A stretch of 64,000 nt of DNA from Nitrospirota bacterium (GTDB lineage: Bacteria; Nitrospirota; UBA9217). Each line of letters starts with the position of its first letter. Positions within the stretch are counted from its first letter, which is position 1. Below the pieces are notes generated by a model. The model did no database searches. It had not been told where the DNA came from and was given only the letters and a program-made list of their open reading frames with translations. This document shows, piece after piece, positions 21,172 through 32,583 of the stretch. The position numbers and the translations under genes were made by a program. Where the stretch lies: assembly GCA_963845065.1 (NCBI GenBank), contig CAWJQQ010000008.1, forward strand, positions 1-64,000, in the 5' to 3' direction.

Positions 21172-23883
21172 CTATCCTTCATTCGTCATTAAATTCTCTT
21201 CCTCGGTTCTCTGCGCAGGCGGCAAGCCTGCTGCTGGCAACGTAAAGCGGATTACAGCGCCGCCTTCCGGGCGATTCTCCACCCATATTTTGCCGCCATG
21301 GGCATTGATAATCGTTCGGCAAATGGCGAGTCCGAGTCCGACCCCGCCGCCTGCCCCTCGGCCGCGCACAAATTTCTCGAATATGCGCTCTTCTTCTCCG
21401 GGTGGAATGCCCGGACCATGATCGGCCAGCTCTACTGTCACGGTGTAAAAAGACTCCGAGGCCGAAAGCTCAAGCGGAGCTCCCTTGGGGGAATATTTGA
21501 TTGCATTGTCGAAGAGATTCATGAAGACCTGCTCAAGAAGCAGGGCGTCAAAGGGAATGAGCGGCAGGTTCCCCTGAAGTTTTACGGTTACGGGGTGGTC
21601 ATTGAGCCGGTCGCTCAGCCGGTCGAGGACTACGCCCACGATTTCATCGAGGGGCTGCCATTCTTTATTTATTTTGATTGCCCCTGATTCCAGGCGTGTC
21701 ATATCGAGCACGTTCTTGATGATCCGGCTCAAATGTTCTGCCTCTTCCTGGATGGTCTTGAGAAGCTCAAACCTGTTCTGTTGATCAATCGTTACATCAT
21801 TCTGGAGCAGTGTCGTCGCGGCCCCGGTGATCGCGGACAATGGCGTACGTAGATCATGCGAAATAGAGCTGAGAAGAGTATTACGCAGGCTTTCCGTTTC
21901 CGCTTTAAGTAAAGCGCTTTGGGCCGCCTGGCCCAGATAAGAGCGTTCGATTGCTATGGCGGTTTGGTTCGCAAAAGCCTCGAGATAGTGAAATTGTTCC
22001 GGCTCAAAAGCGTTATCCTCCGTTCGCGGAAGGGTGCCAATAACTCCTACCGGACCACCTGAAGCGATAAGTGGCAAATATAGCGCTTTGGCTCCGGGCA
22101 AAGTGTCCGTACTCAACCCGGCGGGCTGACGATGATCGTAAACCCACTGGGCCACGCTCAATTCCTGAGGATCGGGAATAAATGTCGAGGCACCATTCAC
22201 AGATGGAGTAAGACGGTTATCATCATAAGGTACGAGAATGGCTACCTGACAATCGAAAACTTCACCGATATGTTCTACAGCGATTTCACTCAGCCGCTCA
22301 GTGCCCCGTTCGCGGACTAGGTCGCGGCTTAAGCTATACAGAGCTGCGGTTCTACGCTCCCGCAGCCGTGCTGCTTCCGCCTGCTGACGGACCCGGAGTG
22401 TAAGCCTGCTGATGACAAATGAAACGATGAACATTACGGTAAAGGTAATGAAATATCTTGCATCGCTCACGGCGAATGAATAATAAGGTGGGATAAAGAA
22501 AAAATCAAATGTAGCGACACTGAGGATTGTTGCGAATAATGACGGCCACTGGCTGGTACGGCTTGCAATAAAAACGACCCCAAGAAGGTATACCATCGCC
22601 ATGTCCAACCGCTCAAAGTAGGAAAACATGAGCTGGTCGATACCCGTGCAGAACGCGACAGTCAGAACACTCAACAGCCATTCTTTATTGTGCGTTACGT
22701 TGCGCCGTACTTTTGGCGACGGGTGTACATGATGGGATTCTGCAACATCACCACTGATAACATAGACATCAATGTCGCCGCTGCCCCGCACGATTTCGTC
22801 GAGGGGCGAACCGAAGAGCTTGTCCTTCCAGCGAGCATGGGTAGGCTTGCCGATAATGATCTTGCTTACATTCCGGCTGCGCGCATAGGTGAGGACCTCT
22901 TCGCTCATGCTCTGGCTGCTTAACGTCGCCGTTTCGGCGCCAAGGCTTTCCGCCAGCCGCATATGGTCTGCCAATTGTTTGCGGTCGGCTTCCGAAGGCC
23001 GCACGCGGGAAGGGGCCTCTACATGCACAGCGAGCCATTCGGCGCGAAGTCCTGCAGCCAATCTCCTCGCTGCATGAATCAGCCTGATCGAGCGGGGATT
23101 ATGACCAACGCAGACCAGTATTCGTTCTCCCGCGGGCCAGATGTCTTTGATCCCCTTATCCTGCCGGTAGACCTGCATCTGTTCATCAACACGATCAGCG
23201 GTGCGCCTCAGGGCAAGCTCTCGGAGCGCAATCAGGTTTCCTTTGCGGAAAAAATTCTCAATCGCCGCCGCGGCCTGTTCCGCCATATAGACCTTGCCCT
23301 CTTTCATGCGCTGTAGGAGGTCATCGGGAGGCAGATCGATGAGCTCGATCTCATCGGCTCGGTCTAGCAGAAAATCAGGCACGGTCTCCCTTACATTGAC
23401 GCCCGTTATCTGGGAAATAACATCGTTTAGGCTTTCCAGGTGCTGCACGTTCATGGTGGTGTATATGCTAATGCCGGCGCCGAGTAGTTCGTAGATGTCC
23501 TGCCAGCGCTTTTTATGGCGAGACCCAGGGGCATTCGTATGGGCGAGTTCATCAACTAGGATGATTGTTGGTTTGCGGTGCAGGGCCGTATCAAGATCGA
23601 ATTCTTTCAGGATTGTGCCGCGATACTCGATGTTCCGGCGGGGGAGGATTTCAAGACCTTCGAGGAGCGCCTCAGTTTCTTTCCTGCCGTGGGTCTCAAC
23701 GAGACCAACGAGGATATCTACTCCTTCTTCGCGCTTCTTTCGCGCAGCCTCGAGCATGGCGTAGGTCTTCCCGACGCCTGGCGCGGCGCCGAAGAATATT
23801 TTCAGCTGCCCCTCACGCTTTCGCTCTTCCGCTTCGCGCGCCCGCTGAAGCAGCTGATCAGGATCTGGTCTTCGCTCTTCCAT
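21172..23883 (-). CDS. kdpD: Sensor histidine kinase KdpD
   Basis: GAAPGVGKT, VDELAHTN, NVQHLESLND, Usp, 4 TM, GAF, SHDLRTPL, HATPase G boxes. Confidence 0.97.
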   Translation of the reverse strand: MEERRPDPDQLLQRAREAEERKREGQLKIFFGAAPGVGKTYAMLEAARKKREEGVDILVGLVETHGRKETEALLEGLEILPRRNIEYRGTILKEFDLDTALHRKPTIILVDELAHTNAPGSRHKKRWQDIYELLGAGISIYTTMNVQHLESLNDVISQITGVNVRETVPDFLLDRADEIELIDLPPDDLLQRMKEGKVYMAEQAAAAIENFFRKGNLIALRELALRRTADRVDEQMQVYRQDKGIKDIWPAGERILVCVGHNPRSIRLIHAARRLAAGLRAEWLAVHVEAPSRVRPSEADRKQLADHMRLAESLGAETATLSSQSMSEEVLTYARSRNVSKIIIGKPTHARWKDKLFGSPLDEIVRGSGDIDVYVISGDVAESHHVHPSPKVRRNVTHNKEWLLSVLTVAFCTGIDQLMFSYFERLDMAMVYLLGVVFIASRTSQWPSLFATILSVATFDFFFIPPYYSFAVSDARYFITFTVMFIVSFVISRLTLRVRQQAEAARLRERRTAALYSLSRDLVRERGTERLSEIAVEHIGEVFDCQVAILVPYDDNRLTPSVNGASTFIPDPQELSVAQWVYDHRQPAGLSTDTLPGAKALYLPLIASGGPVGVIGTLPRTEDNAFEPEQFHYLEAFANQTAIAIERSYLGQAAQSALLKAETESLRNTLLSSISHDLRTPLSAITGAATTLLQNDVTIDQQNRFELLKTIQEEAEHLSRIIKNVLDMTRLESGAIKINKEWQPLDEIVGVVLDRLSDRLNDHPVTVKLQGNLPLIPFDALLLEQVFMNLFDNAIKYSPKGAPLELSASESFYTVTVELADHGPGIPPGEEERIFEKFVRGRGAGGGVGLGLAICRTIINAHGGKIWVENRPEGGAVIRFTLPAAGLPPAQRTEEENLMTNEG

Positions 23884-24099
23884 TAATGCTCCCTGAGATG
23901 GTCACAATTCGGGGGTATGGTATTGTCGCATTTTTACTTGAGGGTGTAAATGCTTTTTTACAATGAGCCGATGCCGCAGAGCGACGTTTGCCGGCATGCG
24001 ACTATGTCCTTTAGCATTATATCGAGTGCGATAAAAAAAATACGGGGCCCCTACACGGGGCAGCACGCAGAGCATCTATACGCGCCTGCACGGCCTTCA

Positions 24100-24360
24100 T
24101 AAGATCTGGAGCCCGAAGAAGATCCGCCGTTTTAGTGATATGGAGTCGTTGCCGATAACCTTCCCCAAAAAAATTACGGGTCAACGAACTGCTGGAGATC
24201 AGCCTAGATCCGACGGCTTTGCCGTTTCGTAATGATGCTGCCGTTTGCCCCGCGGGAATATCATTTGAGCGATCACGGTTATTGGCAGGGGATAGATGAT
24301 CCCCGTAAGGATCATGAATATCAAGATAGACATGAGCGAATTTCGAACCATTGTAATCAC
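24100..24360 (-). pseudogene. kdpC: kdpC remnant
   Basis: GTG 24360 reads MITMVRNSLMSILIFMILTGIIYPLPITVIAQMIFP, then via frameshifts NGSII..NGKAVGSRLI..QQFVDP*FFWGRLSATTPYH*NGGSSSGS. Confidence 0.85.
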
Positions 24361-24390
24361 GGATTCCGCTGCTTTAGAATTCTAATATCC

Positions 24391-25560
24391 TTACCATCTA
24401 TACATCGCACCCAAGCCGATGGTATCCTGGGACTTCTTCGTTCCGTTGTCAAAAGACTGCTTGTCAGACGTGTCGTGACGGTATTCCGGCCGCACGATCA
24501 GGCCGCCGGCTAGACGGATTTCCGGCGTCACCGTCCATTCGGTCAGACTTTGCTGTGTGCCGGTTCTGATGCCCTCCGGGTCATCGAATGTCTCGCCTCT
24601 GACCGACAGACTGTACGTATCGTTAAAGTCGTACTTTACGATGCCGGCAAAACCAAACCACGTTGCATTGCCCGCTGGGGAGTAGTTGTGTTCGACTCCG
24701 TCATCATAATTCAATATGAACGAGAGCGGCTTCACGGGCTTAATCGTGGCAACGAAATCAACCAGCGTCCTAATATTGTGGTTAATGCTGTCGTGCTCGG
24801 GTCCGGACATGTAGTTGACGTATCCTGAAAATATATCCGAAGGTGCGTAGCCGATGCTGACGCCTAAGGATTTTCCGGTGTTGTTGTCTTCTGCGTCATC
24901 CCAGCCGTTAACGACATAGAAACTTGCACTCAGGGCGTCGGTAATACCATAGCTCATCTTGAGGCCCGTATGCGTGAACGGAATCGCATAGTTGAACAGG
25001 AACGACCGGGAATAGTTCGGGTTGTCAATTGCCTCGATCACTTCAGCGCCGAAATAGGTGACCATTTTCCCAAGGTCGAACCTGAGCCCACTGCCGATCG
25101 GCGACATATAGCTCATATATGCCTCTGTCAAATCAAAGGTATCAGTTCCTTCGCCAACCTGTGCCTGGTTGAGCGGACCGCCGCTCAGGCCCCGTGAATG
25201 GATCCACTTTGCCGTCTCGCCCGAGGAAAGCTTGATTCTGTAGCCGACGTTGCCCGGAGTTGGTGTGTCCTTCGAGATCAGGATCTGGGCAAGATCGAGG
25301 GTAAAGCTGTTAGCATCATGGTCGAACACCCTCAAATCGTTTACCGAGTCCTGGGTAGCGCCGTTGCTGGCGTTCCCATTGTACGTATAGCCGCCCTGAA
25401 CATAGAAGCTGATGCCGAGTGCTTTATTGATATCATCGGCGCTCACTGCTGGTGCTGTCGGCTTCGCATCGTCTGCGAACACGGGCGCTGCCAATGCCGC
25501 CATGGTGCAGAATATCATCAAACCGACTTTCAACACGAATAATGTACTCGATTTTTTCAT
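24391..25560 (-). CDS. Outer-membrane beta-barrel porin (putative beta-barrel porin-2 type)
   Basis: Signal peptide, NPNYSRSFLF, IPFTHTG, VRPEYRHD, C-terminal aromatic residue (YRW). Confidence 0.82.
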   Translation of the reverse strand: MKKSSTLFVLKVGLMIFCTMAALAAPVFADDAKPTAPAVSADDINKALGISFYVQGGYTYNGNASNGATQDSVNDLRVFDHDANSFTLDLAQILISKDTPTPGNVGYRIKLSSGETAKWIHSRGLSGGPLNQAQVGEGTDTFDLTEAYMSYMSPIGSGLRFDLGKMVTYFGAEVIEAIDNPNYSRSFLFNYAIPFTHTGLKMSYGITDALSASFYVVNGWDDAEDNNTGKSLGVSIGYAPSDIFSGYVNYMSGPEHDSINHNIRTLVDFVATIKPVKPLSFILNYDDGVEHNYSPAGNATWFGFAGIVKYDFNDTYSLSVRGETFDDPEGIRTGTQQSLTEWTVTPEIRLAGGLIVRPEYRHDTSDKQSFDNGTKKSQDTIGLGAMYRW

Positions 25561-25579
25561 TTCGATCTCTCTAAATTAA

Positions 25580-26270
25580 TTAAACAATACTCAGCGCTGC
25601 TACGATCATATCAATCAGCTTGATGCCGAAAAACGGCACGATCAGCCCGCCGACACCGTAAATTAAAACATTGTTTCGTAAGACAATTGAGGCGCCGAGA
25701 GGGCGGTATTTCACGCCGCGCAGCGCCAGAGGCACGAGGAAGATGATAATCAGCGCGTTAAAGATCACGGCAGACAACAACACGGCACTCTGTGGCGTTG
25801 CAAGGCTCATGATATTGAGTGCCCCCAATGCAGGATAGATTGAAATGAACGCAGCAAGCAGAATGGCGAAATATTTCGCCACATCGTTCGCGATGCTAAA
25901 GGTCGTGAGCGTGCCGCGGGTCATCAAATGCTGTTTGCCTATTTCAACAATCTGTATGAGCTTGGTGGGATTGCAATCGAGATCCACGAGGTTACCAGCT
26001 TCCTTCGCGGCCTGGCTCCCTGCATGTATGTCAACGGCCACGTCCGCCTGTGCGAGCGCGGGCGCATCCGTTCGTTCTATCTCCGGTCATGGCAACGAGT
26101 CTTCCGCCTTTCTGATGTTCATGGATGAGCTTAAGCTTTGCCTCGGGCGTTGCCTCTGCGAGAAAATCATCGACCCCTGCCTCAGCTGCAACCGCAGCAG
26201 CGGCAAGCGGGTTGTCACTGGTGATCATGAGCGTTTTGATCCCCATCTTGCAAATTGTACCGCATAAAAC
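25580..26270 (-). pseudogene. kdpB: kdpB 3' remnant (frameshifted, 5' part missing)
   Basis: [32 protein letters not shown] then frameshift into [40 protein letters not shown]. Confidence 0.92.
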
Positions 26271-26403
26271 ACCACACTTATGTGGCGGCAGTCCGAAGGG
26301 CTCATGCAGAGTTATTTCATGTAACATTGAAAAACTCGCAACTCCTGCTGGGAGAGTTCCACTGGAAAAAGTTCTGAAAATGGTTACCGGATTCATTGCC
26401 GGC

Positions 26404-26442
26404 AAAAAAAACCGAAACCCCAACTATTATGAGGTTCCGGTT
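26404..26442 (-). terminator. Intrinsic terminator of glnA
   Basis: Minus strand AACCGGAACCTCA-loop-TGGGGTTTCGGTT followed by T run. Confidence 0.75.
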
Positions 26443-26467
26443 ATGCATATGCGGTATGCGGCTGTTC

Positions 26468-27883
26468 TTAAAGGTCGTAGTACAGGAAGAACTCGTAAGG
26501 ATGGGGACGGAGACGGAGCGCGTCCACTTCCTTGGTCCTCTTGTATTCGAGCCACACCTCGATCGCGTCCTTGGTAAACACGTCGCCCTTCAAGAGGAAG
26601 CTGTGATTTGCTTCGAGATTATCGAGTGCTTCTTCGAGCGAAGACGGCATTGACGGCACGCTAGCCAGTTCTTCCGGAGCCATGTCGTAGATGTCCTTAT
26701 CCAGCGGTTGTCCCGGATCAATCTTGTTCTCAATGCCGTCCAAGCCCGCCATGAGCATGGCCGCAAAGGCCAGATAGGGATTGCACGACGGATCGGGGAA
26801 CCGGACTTCGATGCGTTTTGCCTTGGGACTCGGGCTGTACATCGGGATGCGGACGGCAGCGGATCGGTTTCTGCTCGAGTAAGCCAGGTTCACAGGCGCT
26901 TCAAAGCCTGGGGTCAGGCGTTTGTAGGAGTTCGTGGTCGGACTAGTGAAGGCCGCAATCACTTTCGCATGCTTCAGAATGCCGCCGATATAATTGAGCG
27001 CAAGCTGGGACATTCCGGCATACTTGTCACCGGCGAACAGGGGTTTGCCACCCTTCCAGATGGATTGGTGGGTGTGCATGCCAGATCCGTTGTCGCCGAA
27101 CAAGGGCTTGGGCATGAAGGTCGCGGTCTTGTTGTGCCGCTTGGCTACGTTCTTGATGATGTACTTGAAGTACATGAGCTGGTCTGCCATTTTGACCAGA
27201 GGGCTGAAGCGCATGTCGATCTCGGCCTGGCCTGCGGTCGCCACTTCGTGGTGCTGTTTTTCAACGTAGATGCCGACTTTCAGCATTTCTTGTACCATCT
27301 CGCTGCGAATGTCCTCTTGGCTGTCGATCGGAGGTACCGGGAAGTAGCCTTCCTTGTGGCGTGGCTTGTATCCAAGGTTCGGGTTTTCAACGCGGCCACT
27401 GTTCCAGATGCCTTCCACGCTGTCAATGTGGTAATAGCCCTCATGGGAGTTCTGATCGAAACGGACATCATCGAAGATGAAGAATTCTGGCTCAGGACCC
27501 ATGTAGCAGGTGTCGCCGATGCCGGTAGATTTCAGATAAACTTCCGCCTTTTGTGCGATATGGCGCGGATCTCGGCTGTAACGCTCCTTGGTGATGGGGT
27601 CCACGATGTTGCAGATGAGCGACAAGGTGGGATACTTGGTGAAGGGATCCATTACCGCCGTTTCCACATCCGGGACCACGAGCATGTCGCTCGCATGGAT
27701 AGCCTGCCAGCCGCGGATACTGGACCCGTCGAACCCAAGCCCCTCTTCAAAAATGGCCTCAGTAAGTTCGTCCACCGGTGCAGAGAAGTGCTGCCACAGC
27801 CCGGGGTAGTCCATGAATTTTAAATCAACCATCACTGCCTTGTTGTCTTTTGCCAGCTTCAATACGTCTTTTGGTGTTGTCAT
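26468..27883 (-). CDS. glnA: Glutamine synthetase type I
   Basis: [45 protein letters not shown] adenylylation region. Confidence 0.98.
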   Translation of the reverse strand: MTTPKDVLKLAKDNKAVMVDLKFMDYPGLWQHFSAPVDELTEAIFEEGLGFDGSSIRGWQAIHASDMLVVPDVETAVMDPFTKYPTLSLICNIVDPITKERYSRDPRHIAQKAEVYLKSTGIGDTCYMGPEPEFFIFDDVRFDQNSHEGYYHIDSVEGIWNSGRVENPNLGYKPRHKEGYFPVPPIDSQEDIRSEMVQEMLKVGIYVEKQHHEVATAGQAEIDMRFSPLVKMADQLMYFKYIIKNVAKRHNKTATFMPKPLFGDNGSGMHTHQSIWKGGKPLFAGDKYAGMSQLALNYIGGILKHAKVIAAFTSPTTNSYKRLTPGFEAPVNLAYSSRNRSAAVRIPMYSPSPKAKRIEVRFPDPSCNPYLAFAAMLMAGLDGIENKIDPGQPLDKDIYDMAPEELASVPSMPSSLEEALDNLEANHSFLLKGDVFTKDAIEVWLEYKRTKEVDALRLRPHPYEFFLYYDL

Positions 27884-27998
27884 GTTGCTTCCTCCTCTTT
27901 ATTTTAATTCCGATGGACCATGGACGATCGCTTCGCTCGGACGACGAAAATTTATTTCGTCCCGCGTCTATCATCCCTCGCCCCTCATTTTCCTATTA

Positions 27999-28472
<474 letters not shown>

Positions 28473-28475
28473 AAT

Positions 28476-31400
28476 TTAATTTCTGACTTTCTCGTTTTTC
28501 CGGTTCCTTTCTTCACGTTCTATCCGTTCACCCTCTTTGAGGAACTTCGACGAGATCTCACGTTCGATGTCATCTTTGAGCTGGTCGAGAGAAATGAAAT
28601 CGCCCTGTTGCAGCTCTTTTAGCTTTATCTTCGTATCCCGGTAGCCGGAATCCAGCGCGAGAACTATTTGAAATTCATTGATTGCATTGTTAAGATTTCC
28701 GGCCCCTTGATATGCAAGGCCGAGATCATAGTGCATGCCGAGCGTGTCTTGCTTCTCCCCGGTTTGGCTTGCTGTGCAGCGAAGGGCATACAGGATCTCG
28801 GCTGCGGCGTTCTGATACTCTCCCTTTTCCATGTAACAGAGGCCCAGCATGTAGCGGCTCTGGATAAATTTCGGCTCATCCTCGGGAGTCATGGTGAATT
28901 CAGATACCGCGTCGTCAAGTAGTCCCATTTCTTTGTAGGCCACACCGAGATTATAGTGGGTATCGACATCCTCCTTGACCGATTGCTGTTCAACACCGCG
29001 CTTGAAGTCTTCAAAAATTTCGTCGAGGCTTTGTTCTTCGGACGATTCGGCAATGTGCTCGGGAACTGCGATGGTGCTTAGCTCGTCCCGGAGTTCCGCC
29101 GCAAGATCAAAAAAGTCCTCGGATGATTGTTCGGGTGTACGTGCAGAAACGATTTTGTTCTCTTTATTAAGCTCCTCTCCAAGATCAAAAAAATCTTCTT
29201 CAGATTCAGAATACCTTTCGTTGGACCGTGTGCCGCCGACCACTGTTGGCGTGACAGGCGGTTCGGCTTTTTTGCCAGCGGTTTGCTCCGGTTGCTGAGG
29301 TGATACACTTTCTTTTTTTGCCAGTGGGAGGGGGGATGCGGGCTCTTGTTGGTTTTTTAGTTGAGATATCTCCTGCATGAGAGTGCGGACAGCATCCTCA
29401 TCAGACACGCTCAAAGGTAATTCCTGACCATCAGCCTCGATATCGACGGTGCCTTCTAACTCTTCAACGGCCTCTGCCAGTTTTGAGAATTCAAGCGACT
29501 GTTCTTCTTCGCGCGATAATTCTTCGAGGCGTTCTATCGCCCGCTGGTCGCTAGGGTTCAGCTCGATAATCCTTGTATAATGCTTTTTTGCTTCATTGAA
29601 CAACCCCTGCTGAAAGTAAAATTCCGCTTCAGACCATATTTCTACCGTATCAGGCGGAATATCGGCAATTGGCTGCTGAGCGATGAGCTCCAGTTCTGAG
29701 ATTTGAGCGACAGGTTCTTCGAGAGTTTCGGCCACTTGGGGCGGTTCGTCGAGCGAGCCGGATTCTTCGGCCGACGCCGCAGCAATTGGCTGCTGAGCGA
29801 TGAGCTCCAGTTCCGAGATTTGAGCGACAGGTTCTTCGAGAGTTTCGGCCACTTGGGGCGGTTCGTCGAGCGAGCCGGTTTTTTCGGCCGACGCCACAGT
29901 AAGCGGCTGCTGAAAGGCGCTCTCCGGCTCGGGGATTTGAGCGATGGGCTCTTCGCGAGTTTCGACCACCTCCTGCGGCTGATCGCTGAACGAGCCGGCA
30001 TTTTCAGCTAGCGCCGTATCCTGTACGTGATCCTCTGCGGAAAGGTCCAGTTCATCCAGATGGGGCATTCCAGCATCGAGCCCTTCGAAGGCGATCTCTT
30101 CTGTCGTCGGGAAAGACTCCTGGATTTGTAGAGTGTCTTCGAATATCGGTGGAGGTTCCGGCAAGCTGACTTCTGGGGGTGGGGGTGCGGACTCGAATGC
30201 TTCGGTTGGTACCAGTGTTTCGATTGGCGGCTCTAGCGGTGCAATCGGCGCTGTCTCAGCAGGAAGGGCCTCAGAAGGAATGGGTGCTCTGCCGAGCTTC
30301 GCAAGCAGCGCGGCGTTTGTCGGATCTATCGAGAGGGCCGAATTCAGAACAGAATCTGAGTGATCCGTCAAGTTGTTCCTGGAATAGATGTCTGCCAGCG
30401 CCAGTGCATGCTCCACGGCTTTGGAAGCATTACCCTGTTCCTGATAGAGTTCTTTCAGACGTACACGGATCAGCGGACTATCAGGATATGTAGCCGCAAG
30501 CATCTCAAGTTGTTCGAGTGCTTTCGAGCTGAGTCCGTATTTCACAAGCACGTCGATTTCCGTGAACGCTTCGTTGATTGCCGGGTTTTCCTCAAAGGTT
30601 GACAGTGCCGTTGCAGCTGGCTTTGGTTCAGGTTGCTGGTAATCCGGCGTCGGTTCAGCGAGAGGACGCACAGCCTCTTCTATGGGTTCGGGAAGAGTTG
30701 CGACGGGCATTGCCGGTTCAAGCCGATCGAGTAACTTTCTGGCTTCCTGAAGATCCGGGGAAAGCTCCAAAGCTTTGTTCAGAAACGTTTTAGCCCCCCC
30801 CCCATCTCCCGCTTCGAGCAGGTGTTCCGCGGTCTGAAGGTATATTGCGGCCCCATCCTGCACTCGGCCAATGGAACGGTAGAAATCTCCCAATTTCTTC
30901 CTTCCAGGAATATATTCCGGAGTGTCGAAAACGAATCTCTTGAGAATTTTTTCGGCGCTGTCGTTGTCACCTCCGGCAATTTTCGCTTCTGCAATAACAG
31001 TAACTTCGACAAGCGCTTTGTTCAATTCATTTTTTGCAAGGTAAATCTTGACGAGTTTTTCACGCAGGTCTGTCCGTGTTGCGTCACTATCGAGAATTTT
31101 TCTGATAACCTGTTCGGCTTCGGGTTCTTTGGCCGATTTAAACAGAGCGTCGAGGTACGTGTTGGCAATTTCCTTATTGGACGGGTCGTTTTCAAAGACT
31201 CGCTTCAAGGACTTGCATGCTTCATTGAATTTCCCTTCCTGGAAATAAACGACCCCGGCCTTATGATAGACGGTCTTATTGCCTGGATCGATAGACAGCA
31301 CTTTTTCGAACAGTTGACGGGCATCTTTAAATTCGTTTTTCGCCATGTGGACGTCTGCTGCATTGAGGTACGCTGTACTCGCCTCGGTGACCATGTTCTC

Positions 31401-31877
31401 TTTCGCATACATGTCTCCCAGCTTAATTCGAAACGAAACGTTGGTTGTGTTCAAGTCTGCCATTTTCTGGTAGATGCCGAGCGCCTTGACCATATCCTTC
31501 TGCTGTATGTAATGGTCTGCAGCGATTTTATAACTTTCCAGGGCATTACCGCTAAGGCCTTTTTCGGCATTCAAATCGCCGAGAGCAAGGTGGGCCTCGA
31601 TTTTTTTCGGGTCGATATTGATTACTTTTTTATAGAGGGCTAAGGCTTTAGAAGTGAATCCATCTGCGGCAAGTAAATCGGCGGCTTTCTTATATGCGTC
31701 ACAAGCGCCTGCTTTTGCGTCCTTCTTTAGGCAGAGATCACCTATCGTATTGAAGATATTGGCATCATTCGGAGATTCTTTGAGGAGCTTTTTCCATTCG
31801 GCAATCGCTTTGTCGAACTGGCCCTTGGCTGCAAACTTTTGGGCCTCCTTCATTACCGTATTTTTGTCGATTGCCAT
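28476..31877 (-). CDS. Large TPR protein, SgmX-like architecture
   Basis: N-terminal TPR array, Pro/Glu-rich linker, C-terminal THYNLGVAYKEMGLLDDA TPRs; resemblance to myxobacterial SgmX is from memory. Confidence 0.8.
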   Translation of the reverse strand: MAIDKNTVMKEAQKFAAKGQFDKAIAEWKKLLKESPNDANIFNTIGDLCLKKDAKAGACDAYKKAADLLAADGFTSKALALYKKVINIDPKKIEAHLALGDLNAEKGLSGNALESYKIAADHYIQQKDMVKALGIYQKMADLNTTNVSFRIKLGDMYAKENMVTEASTAYLNAADVHMAKNEFKDARQLFEKVLSIDPGNKTVYHKAGVVYFQEGKFNEACKSLKRVFENDPSNKEIANTYLDALFKSAKEPEAEQVIRKILDSDATRTDLREKLVKIYLAKNELNKALVEVTVIAEAKIAGGDNDSAEKILKRFVFDTPEYIPGRKKLGDFYRSIGRVQDGAAIYLQTAEHLLEAGDGGGAKTFLNKALELSPDLQEARKLLDRLEPAMPVATLPEPIEEAVRPLAEPTPDYQQPEPKPAATALSTFEENPAINEAFTEIDVLVKYGLSSKALEQLEMLAATYPDSPLIRVRLKELYQEQGNASKAVEHALALADIYSRNNLTDHSDSVLNSALSIDPTNAALLAKLGRAPIPSEALPAETAPIAPLEPPIETLVPTEAFESAPPPPEVSLPEPPPIFEDTLQIQESFPTTEEIAFEGLDAGMPHLDELDLSAEDHVQDTALAENAGSFSDQPQEVVETREEPIAQIPEPESAFQQPLTVASAEKTGSLDEPPQVAETLEEPVAQISELELIAQQPIAAASAEESGSLDEPPQVAETLEEPVAQISELELIAQQPIADIPPDTVEIWSEAEFYFQQGLFNEAKKHYTRIIELNPSDQRAIERLEELSREEEQSLEFSKLAEAVEELEGTVDIEADGQELPLSVSDEDAVRTLMQEISQLKNQQEPASPLPLAKKESVSPQQPEQTAGKKAEPPVTPTVVGGTRSNERYSESEEDFFDLGEELNKENKIVSARTPEQSSEDFFDLAAELRDELSTIAVPEHIAESSEEQSLDEIFEDFKRGVEQQSVKEDVDTHYNLGVAYKEMGLLDDAVSEFTMTPEDEPKFIQSRYMLGLCYMEKGEYQNAAAEILYALRCTASQTGEKQDTLGMHYDLGLAYQGAGNLNNAINEFQIVLALDSGYRDTKIKLKELQQGDFISLDQLKDDIEREISSKFLKEGERIEREERNRKNEKVRN
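29665..30000. repeat. 117 bp (39 aa) in-frame tandem repeat, about 3 copies
   Basis: GCAATTGGCTGCTGAGCGATGAGCTCCAG at 29665 and 29782; peptide GSLDEPPQVAETLEEPVAQISELELIAQQPIA twice plus a diverged copy. Confidence 0.92.
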
Positions 31878-32018
31878 ACCTTTAAAAATACCATAAAGCT
31901 TGTGAGAGTGTCAACACTGTCTTCTCATCCGATGTATAATCAAAATCAGTCGCTATTAAAGCTGATCCACCATCTTCTACCTTGATTTTCGCTCTCAATC
32001 ATGTTAAATATGAACATT

Positions 32019-32531
32019 ATGGCAAGCCGTGAAATACGAATCTACCCGGACCCAGTGCTCCGCAATAAAACGGACCGTGTTGAAAAAATAGACAGTTCTC
32101 TCGACCGACTTATTGAAGATATGGTCGCGACCATGCACGCTGCGCCTGGGGTCGGTCTTGCCGCCAACCAGGTCGGTGTCGCGCTTCAGCTGGCGGTGAT
32201 TGACCTGAGCTCGCGGGAAAACGAGGAACATCGTCACCCGCTGCTCATCATCATCAACCCCGAGATCCTCTCCATGGACGGATCAATCACCGAAGAGGAA
32301 GGCTGTCTCAGTATCCCAGATTATGCCGAGAAGGTGAAGCGTGCTGCGCGGGTCAAGGTTCGCGCGCAGGACCGAATGGGAAAATTCTTCGAGGTTGAGG
32401 CGGAAGGACTCCTCGCAAAGGCCCTTCAGCACGAAATCGATCATTTGAACGGCTTATTGTTCGTAGACCACCTGAGCCCTCTCAAGAAAAATATTTTCAA
32501 GCGAAGGTACAAAAAGATGGCCGCGGAATAA
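32019..32531 (+). CDS. def: Peptide deformylase
   Basis: GVGLAANQVG, EGCLS, QHEIDHLNG. Confidence 0.97.
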   Translation: MASREIRIYPDPVLRNKTDRVEKIDSSLDRLIEDMVATMHAAPGVGLAANQVGVALQLAVIDLSSRENEEHRHPLLIIINPEILSMDGSITEEEGCLSIPDYAEKVKRAARVKVRAQDRMGKFFEVEAEGLLAKALQHEIDHLNGLLFVDHLSPLKKNIFKRRYKKMAAE

Positions 32532-32583
32532 GCGTAAGGTGCGGCAGTCATCGCACTCCCAGGGGAATAGAGGCAAAACACCG

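Noticed and set aside
24232..24513. 93 aa plus-strand ORF
   Set aside because: Antisense to the kdpC remnant and porin end
26708..27823. 371 aa plus-strand ORF
   Set aside because: Antisense shadow of glnA; likewise 18819..19643, 30822..31643, 57429..58250 and most short overlapping ORFs
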